Assembly: GCA_964579265.1 (NCBI GenBank)
Contig: CAZOFO010000016.1
Span: 1-12,825 of the forward strand
DNA: 12,825 bases
DNA from: Candidatus Micrarchaeota archaeon
GTDB taxonomy: Archaea; B1Sed10-29
Direction: 5' to 3'
Shown here piece after piece: positions 7,936 through 12,825 of this stretch. The notes under the pieces were generated by a model. It was given only the letters and a program-made list of their open reading frames with translations. It ran no database searches and was not told the DNA's origin. Each line of letters begins with the position of its first letter. Within the stretch, counting starts at the first letter, position 1. A program made the position numbers and the translations under genes.

Positions 7936-8047
7936 CCAGTAAAATTAATGAAAAAACCTTTGCCAAAAACATATTATAAACCAGTCTTTAAATAAGATAA
8001 ATACTTCCATTAAGAACAATAACTCAAAATAAAAAAATGATCGAATT

Positions 8048-8623
8048 ATGAAAATATCTACAGGAGAACCGGTTGAAAGATCAATAGAGATTCCAAAGAT
8101 AAATCCCAGACACACCATAGAAAGCCTGATGGACGACGGATTCACCGGCTACAGCACCTTAACCATCCACGGAGAAACGGGCCTTGAAGAAGGAATAATT
8201 GTATATAAAAATGGAAAGATAATAGGATCGGAATACGCTTACTTCAAGTACAGCAAAAGATTTAAATCAGAAAAAGCACTGGAAAGAACACTAAACGCAT
8301 TCAACTCAAGAAACGGAATAATGGACACTTACAAACTAACTTCACATCAGATACAACTGTTCAAAACGATGAACGAAGAATCAATACTGCAAGAGCCAAT
8401 TGACAAGGAAAAACTGGAACTATCAAGTTCATTCACAACAAAATACGAAGAAGAACTAATGAAAAAGAAAACAAAGAAACTTACAAGGGAACAACTAATG
8501 AAAAAATACGGCCTAACAGGCCTGGAAACCAACGAAGACACAGGTGGACAGCTAGTGCAAAAAGCCAGACAAGAACACAGAACCCTGAAAAAGTTCCTTG
8601 AAAAAGAAAAAAGAGAAAAATAA
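8048..8623 (+). CDS. DUF2226-like archaeal protein
   Basis: The pattern FTGYSTLTI...EEGIIVYKNGKIIG and the C-terminal 'REQLMKKYGL' resemble DUF2226 proteins. Located upstream of minD. Confidence 0.65.
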   Translation: MKISTGEPVERSIEIPKINPRHTIESLMDDGFTGYSTLTIHGETGLEEGIIVYKNGKIIGSEYAYFKYSKRFKSEKALERTLNAFNSRNGIMDTYKLTSHQIQLFKTMNEESILQEPIDKEKLELSSSFTTKYEEELMKKKTKKLTREQLMKKYGLTGLETNEDTGGQLVQKARQEHRTLKKFLEKEKREK

Positions 8624-8662
8624 AAGTAAAAAGAAAGAAACACAAAAAAGGAACGGGATAAA

Positions 8663-9109
8663 ATGAGCATAAAAAACAAGCTTCTGAACATAGGCAGAAG
8701 AAAACCAAGAGAAGAAGAAATAAGAGAAAACATAAAAATAATCCATGAATTAATCCAAGAAAAACTGGAAGAAAAACTACAAGAACAGAAAACAGAAAAA
8801 GAAGAACAAAAAGAAAACATAGAAAACATTAAAAATCAATTCTACCTCGAAGCACTTGCAGTAGCTAACAAAGAAGGAGAAATAATACAAAAAGACGGAG
8901 AAAACTTCGAAGAACTACTTAAAGAGAAAAAACTCCCGAAATATATAACGGAACAATTCCCAAACACAGAACTATTCACCATAAGAAACAACGGTCAAAA
9001 CAAATTAATATACAAAGAAGAAGATAAACTATACCTAATGAAAACACCCGGGACAGTATCAATGCCGGAAATAAGAAGAATAACACAAAAACTAAACAAA
9101 GATGATTAA
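8663..9109 (+). CDS. Hypothetical protein: N-terminal coiled coil plus possible roadblock/longin-like domain
   Basis: An E/K/Q-rich helical N-terminus is followed by LEALAVANKEGEII (the beta-hairpin pattern 'vv.xdG.vi'), further short strands and a terminal helix. Confidence 0.5.
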   Translation: MSIKNKLLNIGRRKPREEEIRENIKIIHELIQEKLEEKLQEQKTEKEEQKENIENIKNQFYLEALAVANKEGEIIQKDGENFEELLKEKKLPKYITEQFPNTELFTIRNNGQNKLIYKEEDKLYLMKTPGTVSMPEIRRITQKLNKDD

Positions 9110-9110
9110 T

Positions 9111-9896
9111 ATGGAAGAAGAAAAAACAAGAAAAATATGCGTAGCCTCTGGAAAAGGAGGAGTAGGAAAATCAATAATCACACTAAACTTAGGATTATCA
9201 ATAGCTAGAACAGGAGAAGAAGTAATAATAGTTGACGCGGACATAGACATGGCTAACTTAGAGATGCTATTGGGAATGCAAGGAAGACCAATAACCCTAC
9301 AAGACGTATTAAAAGACGAAGCAAACATAGAAGACGCCATCTACAATATAAGAGGAGAAGAAGCTAAACTAGTGCCAGCAGGAATATCACCCACCCAATT
9401 CGGAAGAATGGATCCGGACAAACTGGAAAGAATAACTGAAAAACTTGCAGAAAAATGCACAGTTCTAATACTAGACGCTCCAGCAGGAGTAGGAAAAGAC
9501 ACAATCGCATGTTTCAACGCAACAGATGAAACATACCTAGTAGTAACACCAGAAACACTATCAGCAGCAGACGCTTCAAAAACAAAGAAAATAGCGGAAA
9601 AAATGGGTTCAGAAATAAAAGGAGTAATACTAAACAGAGTTCCTGAAGAAAGATACGGAATGAACGATAAAGAGATAACCACACTTCTAAACGCACCTAT
9701 AATAACCAAAATAAAAGAAGAACCAGAAATAAGAAAAGCACTAACCGAAGAAGAAGCCGTTATAAACCATCTTCCAGAGAGCGAGTTCACACAGAAGATA
9801 AAAGAACTTACAAAAGATATAGTTGGAAAAGAAACCCATATCAGAGAAAAAGAAAAAGGAATAATGGAAAAAATAAAATCCATATTCGGAGGATAA
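9111..9896 (+). CDS. minD: MinD-family ATPase (start ATG 9111 or 9102)
   Basis: Deviant Walker A SGKGGVGKS, VDADIDMANL, ILDAPAG, VVTPE and GVILNR. C-terminal amphipathic membrane-targeting helix GIMEKIKSIFGG. Confidence 0.92.
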   Translation: MEEEKTRKICVASGKGGVGKSIITLNLGLSIARTGEEVIIVDADIDMANLEMLLGMQGRPITLQDVLKDEANIEDAIYNIRGEEAKLVPAGISPTQFGRMDPDKLERITEKLAEKCTVLILDAPAGVGKDTIACFNATDETYLVVTPETLSAADASKTKKIAEKMGSEIKGVILNRVPEERYGMNDKEITTLLNAPIITKIKEEPEIRKALTEEEAVINHLPESEFTQKIKELTKDIVGKETHIREKEKGIMEKIKSIFGG

Positions 9897-9994
9897 AAAA
9901 CCTCAAAAAACCCTAATACCAATAAAAACAACCAATACCATAAAAACTAACAGGAAACAAAATACACAGAAACTTGAAAAACAAGGTGATTAAA

Positions 9995-10213
9995 ATAGCA
10001 GATAGACCATTCGACTTTTTAGACCAAGCGATAGGAAAACAAGTTCTAGTAAACCTTAAAGAAGGAAAATCAGTACGGGGAAAACTCGAAGCATTCGACC
10101 AACACATGAACCTAGCAATTTCCAACGCCACGGAACTAGAAGAAGGAGAAAAAAAGCAAAAAATAGGAAGAGTAATACTAAGAGGAGACAACATCTTTTA
10201 CATCTCCACATAA
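9995..10213 (+). CDS. Archaeal Sm/Lsm protein (SmAP1); start uncertain (ATA 9995, GTG 9986 or TTG 9974)
   Basis: N-terminal RP, Sm1 motif GKLEAFDQHMNL and Sm2 motif ILRGDNI. Confidence 0.93.
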   Translation: MADRPFDFLDQAIGKQVLVNLKEGKSVRGKLEAFDQHMNLAISNATELEEGEKKQKIGRVILRGDNIFYIST

Positions 10214-10296
10214 AAATAATTAAAACTCGAAAAAGGCTTCAATAAAGTACAGTACTAGTCAAAGAAGCATCATAATAAGCCACTGAAAACAGGTAT

Positions 10297-10405
10297 GGGC
10301 CCGTAGATCAGTGGAAGATCATGCCCTTGGCGAATACAGAACTTATTAACTTCTCAACAGAATCCAAAGTGGGCAAGGCCGTGGGTTCAAATCCCACCGG
10401 GTCCA
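10297..10405 (+). tRNA. tRNA-Ala(GGC) with a 37-nt intron at position 37/38 (10333-10369); CCA not encoded
   Basis: Acceptor stem GGGCCCG/CGGGTCC has the G3:U70 Ala determinant and discriminator A. D stem GATC/GATC, anticodon stem TGCCC/GGGCA, anticodon GGC at 10329-10331, T arm GTGGG-TTCAAAT-CCCAC. BHB: helix TTGG/CCAA with bulges CGA and AGT. Confidence 0.95.
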
Positions 10406-10472
10406 CTTCCCAACCCCTTCTTATATAAACCCTTACTTATTTATAGAAAATAGATATAATCCAAAAAAGGAG

Positions 10473-10928
10473 GTGAATACTATCCACACCGGAAGAATAG
10501 TAGTACCAATATTGATTATCATAGCAGCAGTTTTCCTGGTGATATTCCCAATTAGAGATACACCAGAAGAAGTAGTAGAAGGATACTACAACCAAATGGA
10601 TCGAGGAAATTTTGAAGGATCAACCCAGTACCTAGCACCAGAACATGGTTTCGAAGCAGAAATTACCTATGACGAAATGGATGCAGGAGAACTAGAGAAC
10701 ATGACAAGATTAGCTGAAAGCATTGACCTAGATTTCGAGATACTAGCAGAAGACGAAAACGATGAAGTAGCAACAGTAACAGTAGGAATAAAGGTGAGCG
10801 GATTTAACCCATTCACAGAAGAAGAAGTCGAAGATATAAGGGTTGAAGAACATACAGTTAGAAAACAAGACGGAGAATGGGGAATAGCAGAAACACCATC
10901 TCCATATGAAAGATACTTCGGATTCTAA
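10473..10928 (+). CDS. Membrane-anchored acidic NTF2-like (DUF4878-like) protein, paralog 1
   Basis: N-terminal hydrophobic anchor, TPEEVVEGYY...GNFE, ATVTV and KQDGEWGI. The annotated GTG lies inside the SD, so the true start may be 10482. Confidence 0.75.
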   Translation: MNTIHTGRIVVPILIIIAAVFLVIFPIRDTPEEVVEGYYNQMDRGNFEGSTQYLAPEHGFEAEITYDEMDAGELENMTRLAESIDLDFEILAEDENDEVATVTVGIKVSGFNPFTEEEVEDIRVEEHTVRKQDGEWGIAETPSPYERYFGF

Positions 10929-10975
10929 AAAACCTTAATTTCCTTTAATCTTGAAAGAAAAGTTCAATCAGGTCC

Positions 10976-11020
10976 GAGCTAGATAGAGATATCTAGCTCC
11001 CCTAAAATTTTTTTATTTTT
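10976..11020 (+). terminator. Perfect 10-bp hairpin with a GAGA loop followed by a T-rich tract
   Basis: GAGCTAGATA-gaga-TATCTAGCTC at 10976-10999, then TTTTTTTATTTTT at about 11008-11020. Confidence 0.5.
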
Positions 11021-11091
11021 AAATAATTAGTCCAATTTCCCTTTGCATTTATAAACCTATCTTTCCTTTAGGAAACAAAGGAGGTGAAAAG

Positions 11092-11589
11092 ATGAATAAA
11101 AAAATAATGATACCCTTAGTAATCGTCTTAATAGCAGTGATAGGGGTCGCTTTCCTGTTTCTCAGAGGACCAAGCGCAGATACCCCTGGAGGAGCAGTAC
11201 AAGCATTCTACTATGAGATAGAAAGAGGAAACCTCGAAGAAGCCGAACAATACATAGAAGGAGAAGGTCTCGGTGCATTCGAAGTTGATGAAGATGTAGT
11301 AGACAGAAGCAGCATCGATGTGAATATACTAGAAGAAGATATAGAGAATGGAGAAGCTACAGTAGAAGCAGAAATAACAGAAGAACTAAGCGATTTAACT
11401 GAAGAAGAAGCAGAACTATACGATGCAGAAGCAGGAGAAGAACACACAGAAACAATAGAAGTGGTATTTACCTTAGAAGAACAAGACGGAGAGTGGGTAA
11501 TATTAGATATGATGCCTGCAGGAATGGAAGAAGAATTAGAAGATCTTGAAGATGAATTCGATGATGAATTCGATGAAGGAGACTTCTAA
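11092..11589 (+). CDS. Membrane-anchored acidic NTF2-like (DUF4878-like) protein, paralog 2
   Basis: MNKK plus a hydrophobic anchor, DTPGGAVQAFYY...GNLE, ATVEA, EQDGEWVI and an acidic tail. GGAGGTGA SD and a TTTATAAA box at about 11048. Confidence 0.8.
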   Translation: MNKKIMIPLVIVLIAVIGVAFLFLRGPSADTPGGAVQAFYYEIERGNLEEAEQYIEGEGLGAFEVDEDVVDRSSIDVNILEEDIENGEATVEAEITEELSDLTEEEAELYDAEAGEEHTETIEVVFTLEEQDGEWVILDMMPAGMEEELEDLEDEFDDEFDEGDF

Positions 11590-11729
11590 GGTTTTGAATA
11601 AAAATCCTCTAAACCTTTACTATTTTTTAAATCTTTTTTACTTATTATCATCTTTAAATTTGAAAAATAAGATATTTTTACTACTCTAGATTCAAGATTA
11701 ATAAGGTTATAGAAAAGTTTGAAGGTTTT

Positions 11730-12254
11730 TCAGAGTCTTTCCATTTTCACTGAAGTGCTTCCAGGCAGTTTAGATCCTGCTCTTTTTGCAGAATTTCTTC
11801 CTAGGTCTCTATTACTCTCTTTTACCCAGATGCTGATGATCTTCTGGTTTTTATTTGCTCTAACTGCTCTTCCACTCGGTCTTCCAAAGGATTTTCTCAT
11901 TCCTTCAGAGACTCTGTCTGCTCCTGCTCCTGTTGCCATCGCGTGTTTCCTCAAGCACTGATGAGGATAGGTTCTGACTTTCAATAAATAGTTCTCCAAC
12001 CCTAGTTCCTTTTCCAAAGGTTTGTTAGCATTTATTCTAGCTGCTTCAAGAGCTTCATCTCTTATCTGAACAGGTTCATCTACAACCAAGTCGAATCTTA
12101 AATCAGCTTCTTCTTTATCCATTTCTCCGATTTCAAAAGCCCTTATAACAGGGTCTCTAATTCCTTTAACGTAAGCTTTATCTGTCTTCTTACTGGCTGT
12201 TCTTGACCAAGGTCTATCGTGGTCTCTGTAAGTGTAAGCTGGTCTCTTACCCAT
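11730..12254 (-). CDS. rpl10e: 50S ribosomal protein uL16 (L10e)
   Basis: MGKRPAYTYR, QIRDEALEAARI, RTYPHQCLR and ATGAGADRVSEGMRKSFGRP. AGGTGA SD. Confidence 0.96.
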   Translation of the reverse strand: MGKRPAYTYRDHDRPWSRTASKKTDKAYVKGIRDPVIRAFEIGEMDKEEADLRFDLVVDEPVQIRDEALEAARINANKPLEKELGLENYLLKVRTYPHQCLRKHAMATGAGADRVSEGMRKSFGRPSGRAVRANKNQKIISIWVKESNRDLGRNSAKRAGSKLPGSTSVKMERL

Positions 12255-12466
12255 AATGAATCACCTTGTTAATCACTTTTTATCCTCTACTTCGTATTCA
12301 AATATAGATGTAAAAAACACATCCAATTGAAGCGTATTAATTAGTGAAAATCCAAGTATTTAAACAATAGGATGGTTGTCCCTCATCTTCAAGAACACCA
12401 TATTAATATATGTTATAAAAGCATAAAACAAAGTAACACGATTGACTATTTTGGAGGAAAAATAAA

Positions 12467-12817
12467 ATGCCTGAGGAAAAGGAAGTAGATGTAGGTTTAG
12501 ATGAAAACTCCAGAGCAGCTTTCAGCTACCTACTGGGATGGATATCAGGACTATTCTTTTTCTTAACTGAAGAAGAAAGCGACTACGTTAAATTCCACGC
12601 CGCACAGTCAATAACCACTTTCCTAACTCTGCATATATTACTAATAATCCTAGGATCTCTTTTCTTCACCATAAGAGGATTCTTCAACCTCACCAGTATA
12701 GTCTCAATAATCATAATCGTACTCTGGATCGTCCTGATGATAAAATCCTACGAAGGAAAAACCATCAAACTACCAATAACAGGAGAAATGGCTGAAAGTT
12801 TAGTCAAAAGATTCTAA
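12467..12817 (+). CDS. DUF4870-like small membrane protein
   Basis: GLDENxxAAxSYLLGWISGL, VKFHAAQSI and KSYEGKTIKLPITG, with about 3 TM segments. GGAGG SD. Confidence 0.82.
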   Translation: MPEEKEVDVGLDENSRAAFSYLLGWISGLFFFLTEEESDYVKFHAAQSITTFLTLHILLIILGSLFFTIRGFFNLTSIVSIIIIVLWIVLMIKSYEGKTIKLPITGEMAESLVKRF

Positions 12818-12825
12818 AAAATAGA

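Noticed and set aside
7948..7995. 15-codon ORF MKKPLPKTYYKPVFK between NYN and the DUF2226-like gene
   Set aside because: No SD, and it overlaps TATA-like boxes; more likely promoter DNA.
11551..11576. 12-bp tandem repeat GATGAATTCGAT x2
   Set aside because: In-frame slippage within an acidic low-complexity tail (DEFDDEFDE); not a CRISPR or regulatory array.
10406..11729. Integrated mobile element at tRNA-Ala
   Set aside because: No integrase and no duplicated tRNA 3' end (att site) is visible before rpl10e.
48..11961. Many alternative-frame and antisense ORFs in the track (e.g. 4239-4850, 5295-5693, 8347-8829, 9341-9931)
   Set aside because: They overlap well-supported genes and are F/S/L- or R/K-rich shadows produced by the extreme strand bias, with no motifs.

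Overview
Archaeal chromosomal housekeeping region. The evidence is archaeal-type ValRS and ProRS, aIF5A, an Sm protein, uL16/L10e, GGAGGTGA Shine-Dalgarno (SD) sites and a tRNA intron with a bulge-helix-bulge (BHB) motif. Genes diverge from about 7400. The left arm runs on the minus strand: flippase-like gene, aIF5A, proS, valS, a methyltransferase and the start of a probable class Ia synthetase; one membrane-protein gene sits on the plus strand between proS and valS. The right arm runs on the plus strand: NYN, DUF2226-like, roadblock-like, MinD, Sm, an intron-containing tRNA-Ala(GGC), two acidic NTF2-like paralogs and DUF4870-like; rpl10e is on the minus strand. The best novel candidate is an unannotated 28-codon leader ORF upstream of valS. 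It carries tandem Val-Val-Ile codons next to a sequence complementary to the valS SD and an 11-bp hairpin, the layout of a ribosome-stalling attenuator. Other oddities are degenerate ValRS signature motifs (PPA, HPAQ, EMSKS), probable AUA and AUC start codons, and a GT/AC strand-skew switch near 7000-7500. All family assignments come from motif recognition by eye; no searches were run.
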